This document shows positions 1 through 39,563 of a DNA stretch of 64,000 bases, piece after piece. Numbering within the stretch: the stretch's first letter is position 1; each line of letters begins with the position of its first letter. The notes beneath the pieces were generated by a model that had not been told where the DNA came from, did not search any database, and was given only the letters and a program-made list of their open reading frames with translations. The position numbers and the translations under genes were made by a program. The DNA lies in the NCBI GenBank assembly GCA_963693365.1, contig CAVNZM010000017.1:597989-661988 (forward strand), written 5' to 3'. Source of the stretch: Amoebidium appalachense (lineage: Eukaryota; Protista; Ichthyosporea).

Positions 1-16
1 CGATGCTTTCTGGCAG

Positions 17-47
<31 letters not shown>

Positions 48-985
48 ACCCTGCGGACACACACACACACACACACAAACACGCAAACTGATCGCCATGG
101 CGAATGTCTTGTGGGGCAATCTCCTGGCAGCGCATACAGTGCGCAAGGACCCCTTCCCCCGGCCCCTCCCCCCCGGCCCCACGCACATACAGACACATAC
201 ACACACTCAGCTTCGACTTCCCGTGTCATGCCCCCCAGCCCCCCCCTTCCCCTCTTACACACACACTTAGCTTCCCCTGCGCCCACCCCCCCCCCCCCCC
301 CCCCCCCCCCAATCACCACACACCCACACCCACACACAAACTGATAGCTGTCCGTTGATGTTATTGAGTCCATGCCTCGTGCCAGCCCCTGCCGTGCGCG
401 CAGCTCCTTTCCCTTCCCCCCCCTCCCCCCCACCCTCCCCCTTTCCCTGGCCTCACGCACACACACACACACATCCATACACAGCTTCGAATTCCTCTAC
501 CATGCCCCCCCTACCCCCCCCCCCTTCCCTTGTCCCCCCCTGCGCCCCTTGCATGCGCTTTCTAAACGCTTTTTCCTGGGCTTTTTCATACCTGATCTTA
601 GACGCTTTAAAGTATCCCATTCAAACTACTGCACCAGTGAGAACCAGGAGGAGATTGAGGAGGAATAAGGGATAAAGAGGTAAAAAGGTAAGAAGTAAAA
701 GTAGTAGGTGGTGAAAGGTGTTGAAAAAAGAAGTAAGCCTAGTAAAATAGCCAAGGGTTTGAAATGCAGGACTTAACTTCTTTTTGTTCAGGTGTATACG
801 TAGCCTACAACGACAAGCAAACAAGTGTGCACTGTACGTGGGGCATGTGAGTGGCACTCTGCAAAGCTTCGAACCCTGTTTTGCGCAGCGATACTGTGGT
901 CTGATTGGGCCTCGGGCCGGACGAAGTCGAAACATTTTGGCAGCTACTTTCTGACCTCCTAGATCCAAAACCTCTATCTCCCTAG

Positions 986-1020
<35 letters not shown>

Positions 1021-2044
1021 CTCCCTCCCTCGGTCAGTTGCCGTTGTCGAATTTTTTTTAACCATGATACAACTTATGACAGCCCCAATTGTGCCATCAA
1101 GACGTCTAGGGTGTCTTGGTGTTGATTTTAATAGCTGCCCTTGGGTGATATATAGTAGTCTAGTACTTTGATCAAGAACAAAAACAAAAACAAATTGCAT
1201 CTATGTCAGTGTACACGTGCACAGCACACACATGTGAGATAGGGTGCCTAAGGCCCATAGAATCACACCATTACCAATTTGTGAATATTATTTCATATTC
1301 CAGATTTTGGTCGACCGTGCCATCGCCATCGCGCAATGGCACATATGATAATAATCAACTTTTGAATAATCATTTCCCGGTCCCACTACCATGCACCTAT
1401 ACATGTATTTACAGCCACAAATTCACTGATTTAACTAATATAGACCGTTCTCTGCCATGATACCACGACCACATCCCCCATCACAAAATTGCGCTAACTG
1501 TACACCACCGTCGCTAGGGGTAGCCCATCTAAAACTAACTAGATTATCATATGGATATGCAATTAAACTATCCATATTGCACAGAATTATTTCAGTTACT
1601 TGTTTCTATACTAACCCGCAAATTGAACCGTTCTGCCAATATTAGCAGTACATTTTTCAGAAAATGCCGAATTGGCATTCTCCCCCCCCCCCCCCCCCCC
1701 CCCCCTCTCAAAACGCACCCACACGCACGCACACACGGACGCACGCACACACACACACACACACGCGCGCGCGCACGCGCGCACACACACACACACACCC
1801 ACACACACACAACCAGACCCCAAATCACCACATTCCAAGCACACATTCGATGGACGCTTCAACCACACCCAAACCGCATACCATGCACGTTCCAAGCACC
1901 CTTAAACCTCACTATAACCTCACGGTGTCAGACAATCTGTGATTCCGGATCTTAGGAGTTTGAAGCCATTGTCGTTGCCAAATTAACCACAATCTAAGCA
2001 CATTCCAGACACATTCCACCCACTGTGACAGTCCAAGCAACCTT

Positions 2045-9207
<7,163 letters not shown>

Positions 9208-9993
9208 GCTACTTCGTAGGCCACTACTCCCGTAGTCAGGGAGGGCAAAAAAAACATCAAGGCACTAAGCAACAGAAGTGGGGAGGGAGAGGGAGGAGAG
9301 GAACAGCTTGCTTGAGAATGAGACAGAGAGAAATGAGGGTGGGAGAGCGAGGGAAGGGGGTGGAGAACACCACCACTCGCGGGGAGCAAAGGAGGGAGAG
9401 AGGTTTGCTGCTGGGACGTACATAGCAACCGCACGCACACACACACACACACACGCGCCCCATGTGCACACACACATGTGCTCTAGAACATACCCGAATG
9501 CCGTGGTTCTCGGTATACGTATGGCGTGTGCGTGTCGACTTCGAACTGGTGCACCTGCCCGCCCCCTGCCGCCCCCCACCTCTCAGTGTCCGTGCGTGTC
9601 TGTATTGCGTGTGCGCTATTGTTGAGCTCCATATTCATGCACGTGGGTGGTGGGAAAGCACGTGTTTTTCTATAAACTTGAGCAATTTTGCGATTTGCTG
9701 TGCTGATGATCCGGATTTTATGTCACAACTGAAAACAAAAAGGAACACAAACTTCGAAAAAGGGAATACCCGCCTTATGATATTCGCGAAAAACGCAGGT
9801 GCAGGAGCAATAATGGCGCAAAAACACGTGTGAGGGTCACGTGAAAAGAAAAAGAAAGAAGGACCTCGAATGTTACGCCATGCACACGCGTGTACTCACG
9901 CGTGTATACATGTAGCCTCCGGAACACATGGCGGCCACCTTTTCCCCCGCATGTGTGCAAAATGATTTCCAAATTTGGCAGCAGTTTTTCTAA

Positions 9994-10054
9994 CAACGGT
10001 CAAAGTCGCGTTCGCCAATCGGAAGTAAGCGCGCCAAAATCCAGTCGATTTGAA
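9994..10054 (+). promoter_or_regulatory. Putative cell-cycle promoter module upstream of CAP-G: Myb/MSA site, CCAAT box, ETS-like site, E2F site, CHR
   Basis: CAACGG 9994-9999, CCAAT 10015-10019, CGGAAGT 10020-10026, GCGCGCCAAAA (reverse complement TTTTGGCGCGC) 10029-10039, TTTGAA 10049-10054. The cluster lies in a microsatellite-free, CpG-rich intergenic island between divergent genes. Confidence 0.55.
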
Positions 10055-10720
10055 TCTCAGGCGACTCAGACACGTCACCGCGGCCGAACGTTCGCTCAGA
10101 AAACTGTCTCGACAAATAGAGAAGAGAGATGAGTTTGTGTTGATTTGATCTGAGAGAACACTAGTCACATTACATAGTAGTACGAGTATTTGTGGAGTGA
10201 AAACACGGGAATCAGTCTACGGGTCTCATTTGAGGTGTGGAAACCCTTCTTTTTTTTTCATGCTGACACGTTCGCTACACAGACCATGCACTTGGGCGAA
10301 CATGTTGCAGCCTAGATGGTGGATCATACAGAACCGCAAGGGTCTCCTTCCTCGTTATTTAGACCAACGTTATGATACATTAAAGTTGTTTAGGGGTTAA
10401 CAGCACAAATAGTTTTTGAATGCAGAGGCCAAGTTCTTCGCCTCCGTGAAACACACCATGTACTAGGAAGTTTTTTCTCTGATGTCAGAGGCTAGCACAG
10501 CGTACGTGAAACAGTCAGAGCTCATCAGCGCTACCAATTGCTCGTATTCACGGCCGTGAAAAATACCGCGAAACATGCTATCAGCCCTGCCTTGTTCATA
10601 TTTGACATCGTTCCTTTCTTACCATCATAGTTTTTTCCCTGGCTTTACTTTTTTCTGGCTTTCCATTTTATTAGGTGCTAACGTCTGCCTCCACACGCAG
10701 ACACAAGGAAAGGGACAAGA

Positions 10721-29796
<19,076 letters not shown>

Positions 29797-30585
29797 TCAA
29801 ACAGAAAACACACCCGTTATAGCGAAAATAGTTGGTGTTATAAACACCATGTTAACTTATGCGTTAGTTGCCGTGATGTTTTCCGGTTCTTCATTGCCTT
29901 GCATTACTTCAAATTTGCCATAGCAAAAGAATGCAATGTGTTGACTCGAGAGAAACAGTGGGAGGTGGAAGACAGTTCGAGACATAAGTTTTTTCCGAGT
30001 TATTGCTTATGTAATCTGTCATGGAATACCAGGCCTGAACCTTTAGTAGCATTAATACCATGTGTGTGTATCCACACGCATGCCTGGAACTTTGTGGGTT
30101 CCTGAGGAATAAATGTGTTATGTATCATGATGAGCCATGTGAACCCAGCTTACGGAGTCCTGGAGAGGAGGTTACCTCTTTGGATTTTTAGGTGCCTCCG
30201 GATTAGTGTTTTTGAAATTTCACTTTTTCGTATACTAATACATGAATAACACCATGCTAATTCATGATTTGCCCATGCTAACACAGCGCCTGTACAGGCG
30301 GCATAGCCACAGCGTGTTATGCAGTGCACAGCAGCCCGCGCACATACATGTTACTACCCTCCCCCTCCCCCCCACCCCCCCGGGGGGGGGAGGTTGGAAG
30401 TTGTGCGTGCGTGTAGGAGCCTGGGTGGGCCAGTGTCTCTGTGCATGTGTGTAGAGGGGGGGGGGGGGGGGGGGGTCACAGTCAGGTTGAGTATATGTGA
30501 GGCACGATATGATTTTAAGTTGTAGTATGTGTTTGTGATCGCGTGTATCGTAACGTTGTGTGTGTGTGTGTGTGTGTGTGTGCAT

Positions 30586-30620
<35 letters not shown>

Positions 30621-31861
30621 CGCGCATTTGTGCGTGTGTGCGTGGCCGTGGTGCTCAATGAATTGCTCTGGCTGCAAAACCAAAAGCCAACCGTTTGAAT
30701 TTATGGCTCATCAATCCATAAAAGCGGTGTTCAAAACCCAAACTGAAAACAACTCTCGCCAGGGAAAAAATACCCTGAGCTAGAATTTTGTGATTCAACC
30801 AACTTGACACAACAAGGCATTGCCGCACATGCAAGCTCATCGACGCGTGTGCGATTTTGGGATATATTGGACACCTGAAGATTGCACGGCCCCGGTGCCT
30901 GCATACGCTTGACAATGCGCATATTTGGCGGTAGAGAAAGAGGGTGCCATGCAGCGAGTGGCACAGCCCCATGCGCGGGTCTCCTCCCTCCCACCTCCTC
31001 CCCCCCCCCCCCAAAAAAACGTCCCCAACACTTCCCATATATGGCTATGCAGCCCAGAAAGAGGTCCCATCGAAAAGGGGGCGGGGGAGATTTGAAAGGC
31101 CAAGGGGTGGGGGGGGGGGGGGGGGGGGGGGGGGGGTAATGCTAGTTTTACAGTTCTGAGTCACAATGAATTTCTTTAATTTGGGCGGCAACATAAACAC
31201 TTATTTATTGTCTTATGATTTTTATTTTATTTTTTCCCGTGAGTCTCGGGTGTACATCTGAATACTATCTACACCATGACAATGCATACAAGTACGACAC
31301 AAGACATACCACTACCCCATGAGATAGTATTGGGCATGAATGTATACTATCCTCCGTCCCTCCTCCGACACCCTTCGTTTTTGGCATTCTTATTGGGGCT
31401 GTAAGCACCAGGTAAAACACACGCGCATTTGTGCGTAGCCGCGCGGGTGCGCACGCCATCCTCGACCCCGGCCCCTGCCCACCCGCCTGGCCGCCCCCCT
31501 CCCCTCTCCCGCATTGCCCATTCTTACATGAATGTGTGCATAAGTGCGAATACACCCCTGATTAGACACCCAGAAATTTGTGCAAGCAATCGGCCGGCAT
31601 GCATACACGCACACACATAGACTCTGTTTCTGTGTACGTGTGTTTCCACCGCTAATTTTCGATGTGTTGCGCATATGCATTCTCGCCGGGTTGCTTGTTT
31701 TTTCTCTACCAAATCCCTCCTTTTTCTGAATTGTGGCTCGTTTTAGGCGTGTCTTGTCTCTTCTGAACCTGTGGTTGAAGTCTAATTTGTGTTCTTCTTC
31801 CTTTCTTTTCTTCCTTTCTTTTCTTTTCTTTTCTTTTGTGTGTGTGTTTGTCCGGGAGGGG

Positions 31862-31897
<36 letters not shown>

Positions 31898-31980
31898 TCA
31901 GCTGTAAAAATCTCCCTGCTTCCGTATTCCTCAACATACTGCACGTACTTGCCCCGTTACCCCCGACCCCAAACCCCAAT

Positions 31981-32013
<33 letters not shown>

Positions 32014-32462
32014 ATCCCTAACCCAACCCGCCCCACCCACACACTAATTCCCCCACCATGAGGCAAAGGATAGGGTGAGAACTATGTGCGAGAGCTCACA
32101 AGGTCGAACGCCGCCTTTTCGTGAATGCGTAGAAGTCATCCTTCTGATGAGCTATGTGTAATTATTCACCCCCTTCCTGCACATGTGCTCTAATATCGTT
32201 TTATATTTAAGTATGTATTTTGTCGGTTGTGGAATGTTTTTGCCTCCGTGTTTGTTAGATATCGATCCTGCTACATATCCCCCCCCCCTCCCCCCCTCCC
32301 CCCCTCCCCTCCCCCCCCCCCCCCCCCCCCCCCCCAAACACACACACACACCCTGCCCGCTGCTTGTGCACAAACTCAGCCACAGGCACAGTCGGGATGT
32401 GTCGGGGATTGGGGTGTGTGTGCATTTTGGTCTGGGGTGGGTGGGCGAGTGCTGTGGGAGAA

Positions 32463-32493
<31 letters not shown>

Positions 32494-33669
32494 GGGGGGT
32501 GGGGGGAGGGGGGAGGGGGACAACGACCCTATTGACTGGTATCACTTTCGCAGCTTTTAAGTAATACAGTGCTTATGTGTAGCCGACACGGTAGCAGGTA
32601 CATGTGACACGTGTGGACAGAATACACAACACACATGCACACCGTGTGAAGGGCATGCAACAAGCCTGGCATCTTTTTATGTCACGTGTTTTCCCCGCGT
32701 ATCATGACCCAATGATTTCCAAACACCCTACGTATGTGAGCCAATAATTCTAGGAGAATCAATAGAGGTTCCGATTGGTTGTTGTGTCATTCATATACGG
32801 TTCGGGATTTTTGTTTATAGCCGTTTATAGGAATTCTGCCTGTGTTCTGATTGGATCATGTGAGGCAGTGGCTCACATCGAGAACTATATAAAAGGAGAT
32901 GACATTAGGTTGACCTCACTTTTTTTGCACCGACTTTTGGTTAGGCTGCACTCTGAAACATTTTGGGTATATATGTAATCAGTTTTCTCGATAGGCATTA
33001 TAACGGTTGGTTTCCCCTGGCAGGGGGTAAACTAGTGTGGGAAAAAATGTCAGGGGAAAAGCAGAAGGGGGAGGAGCCGACAAGGACGGACTTGTGCGAA
33101 CAAGGTAATACTATTGTCTCGTTAAAATTAAGGTTGGTTGGTGGCATGTGAGCCTCCCTTCCCTCCCTTCCCTCCCTTCCCTCCATTATCTCGCTCCCTC
33201 CCTTCCCTCCCTTTCCTTCCTCCGTCCCTTCCCTCCCTTCCGTCCCTCCCCCTCCCTCCCTCCCTCCCTCCCTCCCTCCCTCCCTCCCTCCCTCCCTCCC
33301 TTCCCTCCCGTCCCTTACTCCCTCCCTTCGCTCCCTTCGCTCCTCTCCTCCCTCTCCTCGCTCCCCTCCCTTCCCTCCCTTCCCCCCCTTCCCTCCTTCC
33401 TCCTTATTCTTTCTTCCCTCCCATTCCTCACTTCCTTCACCTTTCTCTCTTCTCTCGTCTCTCTTCTCTCTCAATCTCTTTCTTTTCTCTTTGCTCTTTG
33501 CTCTTTGGCTCTTTGCTCTTCTATCCCACCTCATGTCCTTTTAGGCCAATCTTTACCCCTTTGTGTTCCTGCAACTGGCTCGAGTATCTCATTTCTTCCC
33601 CACTTTTTTCTTCTTTTTCCTTCTTCTTTTCTTTTCTTTTCTTTTCTTTTCTTTTTCTTTTTTCTTTTT

Positions 33670-33724
<55 letters not shown>

Positions 33725-34561
33725 CGAGCAGAGGGCTGAGAAAAAGTGAATGGTGGGGCAGGGAGTGTGAAGATTGAGTGGTTAGATGTGTAGAGTGTTT
33801 TGAGCATAAAAAAGATGGGTAGTGAGTGCTCGAGGGAGAGCTGGAGGGGGGCGGGGGAGGGGGGGGGGAAGTATGGGGGAAGACGGGTTCTGTTTTGTTT
33901 TTCTCATTCTCTCTCTGTCGCTCTCTCGCTCATTCTTTTAACCAATTTTTGTCTTTTGTCTTTCTTCTCTTTTTTTTTCTTCTCTTTTTCATATCGTGTT
34001 TCTGTAACTCCTTCTAAGGTGGCGAAATGGCGGTGTGTGTGTGCGCGCGTGTGCCGGGGGGGGGAGGGGGGGGGGGGGGGGGGGGAGAAGGGGGGTGAAG
34101 GGGGAGGGGGGGGGGGGGGGGGACGGGAGGGGGGCTTACTAAAACGCAGAGAGTCTCAGAAAAGAAGATGGGCAATAGAGGAGAGAAGAAAGCAGATCAA
34201 TAATTCAAACTGCCGATTGTGGACTCCCACATTCGAACGGGTGGCGTTTTTTTTTTTTCTGCATCACACTGTGAACTAAACGTTTACCGGTACACTTTTA
34301 GATCCACCAAGTTTTGCACGTGACACCAGGATAAAATGCTCATACGGTGTTGGGTTGTCTAAAAATTCATTTTAACTTGATAGTATGCATGCAAGGCGCT
34401 AACTCCCCTGCACACACACAGGCTGCCCCCTGCTTGCTCTGCCCCCAGAGCTCATCCACCCCATCATCTCCACCCTTTCATATTCCGACCGCTGTAACCT
34501 CACCCTCACGTGCCGCAAACTCAATTCCATAGCTCCCGGTGCCACCGACCTCCCTCTCACT

Positions 34562-35940
34562 TTGAACCTCGTTCTAGGTAACAGTCATTCAAACAGAAAT
34601 TGTGATGCAAGTTCCAAAGATGTGATCCGGTGCACACAGAAATGGGGTAAATCGATTACAGACTTGGGTGTGGAATGCACCGACCTTGCCTTCGAGGAAA
34701 GTTGTAGAACGTATTCAGAGTACAAGTTCACCATAGCCAACCACGTCAATTTGCTGAAATACACCCAGAATCTCCGGTTTACTCTCACGGAATACAATGA
34801 AAAATGCACCAAAGCCTCACTCGACGTTTTTACATCATTGATAGCAACCCTGGCTCCAACCTGAAAAGTGTATACGTATTCGTAGGGTTTCCCGAATTGG
34901 AAGAACCACAATTCAAAAGCGAAAGCAAGCAATTTGTGCGCTTTTTTACTGAAGGAATGCGGCAACCTAGCCCGTTTGGAGCTACGCAACTGCGACCTTC
35001 CCACACCTTCACACGAACCCAACGAGTCTATCACGGATTTTTCCTACGATACTTGTCGCCTAAATGACGATGCGCTGACCGAGTTTATAAAAACGATACC
35101 GAAAGTACACACCTTACGTGTGGGGGAAAATCTTCTCGACCGTAATATTTACGAATGATCGTACCGCTTGAGGTTTTTGAGTGCATGCTCTGCGATGACG
35201 CGACTCGAATTGTCGGTGACTAGAGGGCTGTATACGCCGGATATGTTCGACTACTCGCTTGTGGAACACTGCGTAAACCTTGAACACTTGGAGATTTACG
35301 GGCGGGTTGTGATACGCAGCTTGCCACCACTCCCACGTTTGAAAAGCGCTTTGTTCCATGTAGATTCGGCCGAAGTCGATCTAACAAGTACCGTGCTGAC
35401 GCGTTTTGAGTTCGAAATGGGGTAAGGTCTTTTTCCGCGACTACACACGGAGTGTTTGGAAAGACTTGGTGTGGCTACACAACACTACTTCGATGCTGAT
35501 TACTATATGGGGCGGGTGACATGGCCTGGCTAGCCAGGTCCAAAAACACACTTACACACGTGGATTTTAGGAATATCGTATGGCCGGGGGCTGTAATGTC
35601 GGAACTTTACGCACTCAAGTCACCTTCGTTGGGTAATGTGCTTTTTTTAAACCCCAGTTTCAGGGAACAACCAGTGCTCGACCTGCCACGCTACCCACAC
35701 TTGGAGCGATTGTGTCTGGATTCTTGCAGTGGTTTGGCCTCGTTAGGTCCCGTTCCAGAAAGTGGGTTTCCAAACCTAAGAGAGGTGCAAATTAGGGATT
35801 GCACACGCCTGACGGATACGATGGCGCTGAGAGGATGCAAAGGGAGATATTATACTACCGTAGACGGGGGTGTCATGCATCTAGGCAATGTCAGGGTAGG
35901 GGACGAAGGTTGGTTGGACTCGGAGGAGGAAGAATGCTAA
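34562..35940 (+). pseudogene. Intronless leucine-rich-repeat (F-box/LRR, RNI-like) pseudogene
   Basis: Consecutive ORF fragments carry LRR units: CGNLARLELRNC, PKVHTLRV, SAMTRLEL, CVNLEHLEI, LPRLKSAL, YPHLERLCLDSCSGL, FPNLREVQIRDCTRLTD. They are broken by frameshifts (~34860, ~34945, ~35520) and in-frame stops (TGA 35156-35158, TAA 35423-35425). No microsatellites or introns over ~1.4 kb. Confidence 0.75.
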
Positions 35941-36001
35941 TGCTCGGGTTGAGCTGGAGTGCGTCATATGGTGTGTCCTTCCCCCCCCCCCCCTCCCCCC
36001 C

Positions 36002-36036
<35 letters not shown>

Positions 36037-36292
36037 CCCCCTGCGCGGGGCCGCCCTACCGCCTGCCCCCCTGCATGCATGCACGCACGCGCACACACTA
36101 ACACACACACCGCTGGTGGCCACCAAAAACTCGGCCCCATCACAACCTACACGCACCCCTATTTCCTTTGTGTATCACCCCTAGAAACACAGGGGCTTCT
36201 TTTCCTCGCTCACACACTCACTCACACTCTCACTCACCCTTACGCCACAGCTACACACACAACGACCCAAAAACTGCACAAAAAACATCGGA

Positions 36293-36328
<36 letters not shown>

Positions 36329-38234
36329 TTACGACCTACCCTAACCCACTTAATTCATTTTAGGACTGCAAGACGGTGTGGGGCGGCCACCAGTGCCCCC
36401 TCGATGCCCTGGAGCAGGTTGCACTGAGGCTGGCCCTGCTGCCGACGTCACCACTGGGGGGGGGAGGGGGGGGGGGGGGGGGGGGGGGAAGGGGCAAGGG
36501 GGTTCGGGGGACGGGGAGAGGGGTGTGTGTGTGTGGGGGGGGGGGGCTGTAGTTTAAGAGTATAGAGTGATATGGCATCTGACAGGAAACTTTGAAAACG
36601 ATTGCAAGGGTTTAGTTGGTGTGTTATCTGGCTTGAAATTTACCAAATCATATCATCGGGCTGCCACTGTGACATGTCAGTATCATATTGATGTAGTACT
36701 TTTTCGTGCTGTGCGAGAGTTGAGCTGCACAGGGTGATCTACACGAGGTTTCGGTGTTCAACGGGTATTTGGTTATTTTTGTTTTTATTATTTTTTTCTT
36801 TAGGGGGGGGGGGGGGGGGAATCAGGGAGAAGGGGGGGGGGGGGGGGGGGAGAGGGGAGAGGGGGGATTTACATGGGATTGCTTCGAAGTTCATGACTGC
36901 TATCACTGCAAATTTATTATGCACTCCAAATCCTGTCTTTTTCGGTCTTATGTATTGATATTCCTGCCTGACTGTGTGCATGTAACTTTTGTATCCGTTT
37001 CTGAGTGTGTAAAAAGGTTTGAAAACCATGAATCCGTGTGTTGACTTTGCCCGATACTACGTACATGTGCTTAGTTTGCCGTGCAGTCAGAGTGAAAATA
37101 TATATAACGTTTTCAGTGATCTGAAGAAACAATTGAAACATGCCTGCCCACCATATATCATGACCAGAGTACAAGGTACATGTGCACATTGCACAAAGAA
37201 GCGGTAGTTAAGTACTGTATGCAAAGCTTATCGACATCGATATCTGAACACAAACGTGACCATACATGAAATGACAAAGGTTGGGTTATAATACAGATTA
37301 TACAGATTATCAATCGGAATATTCCTTTGTGTATGCCGGTTGGTCACGGTGCAAATTTTTCTGACCCAAACCGCTTACTACTATGATCATCCACGTGAAT
37401 ATATCATGCATATGCATGACTTATATGATAACCTCTCTTGTCGACGTCGGCCTCCATGATGTCAATATCCCTCGTGATTACATGCACACGTGCTTTACGC
37501 GTTTCCCCCCTCCAAACCCCCCCCCCCCCCCCCGCGCACAGATGCGAGCGCGCGCAGCACGCACACATACATACGCACACGACACACACACACAGGCGCG
37601 TGCACACGTGCGCACACACACACACCGTACACATACACACACACGTGCACACGCACACACACAAACGTATGCACACCTATATATGGCAGATGATCACGTG
37701 CGTTAACAGCAAGTTGCCGGGAAAAGGGAGGGGATGGGGAGGGATGGTGTGTTTCGGCGCCCTAAGTGCACCTTCACGATGGGAAACAAAGCACAGCTTT
37801 GCCCAAACACAGATATGCATGCACAGAGAGTGGCTGAAGGGGGGGGGGGGGGGGGGGGTAGGAAAGGGGGGTTTTACAAAGGAAAATCAACAGTTACAGT
37901 CCGATCAAAACTTCTTTATTCGTTGCCCAGTGCACGGCCAACCAATAAGCCTCATACCCCTGAGATGGGGCACATCCTCTGCCCCCTCCCGGCAACCTGG
38001 CCGGACCCCAATTTCAATCACAGCATGTGCCATTGGGGTTAAGTCTCGCAGATGGGGGATATATGGCTGGGGGTCAATCATTCGTGCGGTATCGGTGGTT
38101 GCTAATAAAAGGGGAGCCAATCATACGCGATTGCTAAAACCATGTGGTGTGTATGTGTGAGAACATATATATTAGGGCAGATGTCACCCGCCTTTTGTAT
38201 ATACATGCCCTCATGTAAACGTGTTTTTTGTCCT

Positions 38235-38266
<32 letters not shown>

Positions 38267-38421
38267 CTAGCCGAAAATAGAACTCCACCAAGACTTGGCC
38301 GGAGGGGCCTGTTCTGTCTGTGGGAGTGTGTGGCTGGCAATGTGCTCCTGGGCGTGGCTGATGGGGTGGTCGACTACCTCATGTGCATGCGTCACAGCCT
38401 GCAGGTAGAGGGAGAGAGAAA

Positions 38422-38462
<41 letters not shown>

Positions 38463-38528
38463 TGGAGGGCGAGAGAGAGAGAGCTCGGGGAGAGAGCGGG
38501 ATGGAGAGAGAGCAGGGGAGGGAGGGAA

Positions 38529-38572
<44 letters not shown>

Positions 38573-38691
38573 GAAGAGGGAGAGAGAGAAAAAGAAGAGA
38601 GAAAGGGAGAAGGGAGGGCAAGAGAGATATATGTGTTAGGAAGGGGGAGGTAGATGTCTCTCTTTCTCTCCCTCTCCCTCTCCCTCTCCCT

Positions 38692-38746
<55 letters not shown>

Positions 38747-39501
38747 TGTGTGTGCGTGCCCCCTACACTTATCCTTCTATATGTATCCGGCTCAATTTGC
38801 TTCATTATGCAAATATTTGAGCCGGATACATAAAGAAGGATAAGAGTAGGTGGGTGAGATAAGCCCAACTACTCGTGTGTCGCTTCTTCTATTCACACAT
38901 GCCCCCAGCTTCATAACCAGTGCAAACTGCTTGTAACACAACATCATATAGCACGTATCAAGACAAAAAATCAAGTCAGCAGTAAGATAATCACCCACGC
39001 ACCTGTGCCATGACACTGGGCTGTGCTGTCTGTTGCCTGACAGATTTTGTAAGGCCAAACCCCCAGCCCCCCTTCTTCTTCTTGGCATCCTCAGCAGCCT
39101 GTCGTGCCTGACATATATGGTTATGTCAGCTGCAATCCTATTCGTCCATGTGGCTCAAGACCCGATAACGACTTGATAACTGAAGCCTAAGTCAACTGGT
39201 GTCTAAAATTAGTGAATCGTGGATCGATCAACAATTTGCACGATGAAAATTATCGCACAGAGCGCAGATCATATTCATATGCTTCAGCCATTAAGTAGTG
39301 ATTATATGTTCACATGCAGATCTAGAAGCAATACGCTGTGGTTATGACTGACACCAAGAACTTGGGAGTGCACACGTGGCCTAAAGGATCTTACGCGTAG
39401 TTTGCGCATGCTCTACTAGGAAATAATAAAGAACCGCACAATACAAGGTCTGTGTGTATGTTTATGCATGCATGCATGCGTGCGCGCGCGTGAGTGTGTT
39501 T

Positions 39502-39563
<62 letters not shown>

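Noticed and set aside
35156-35158. In-frame TGA in the LRR locus as selenocysteine or readthrough
   Set aside because: The same locus also has a TAA stop and several frameshifts, so pseudogenisation is simpler.
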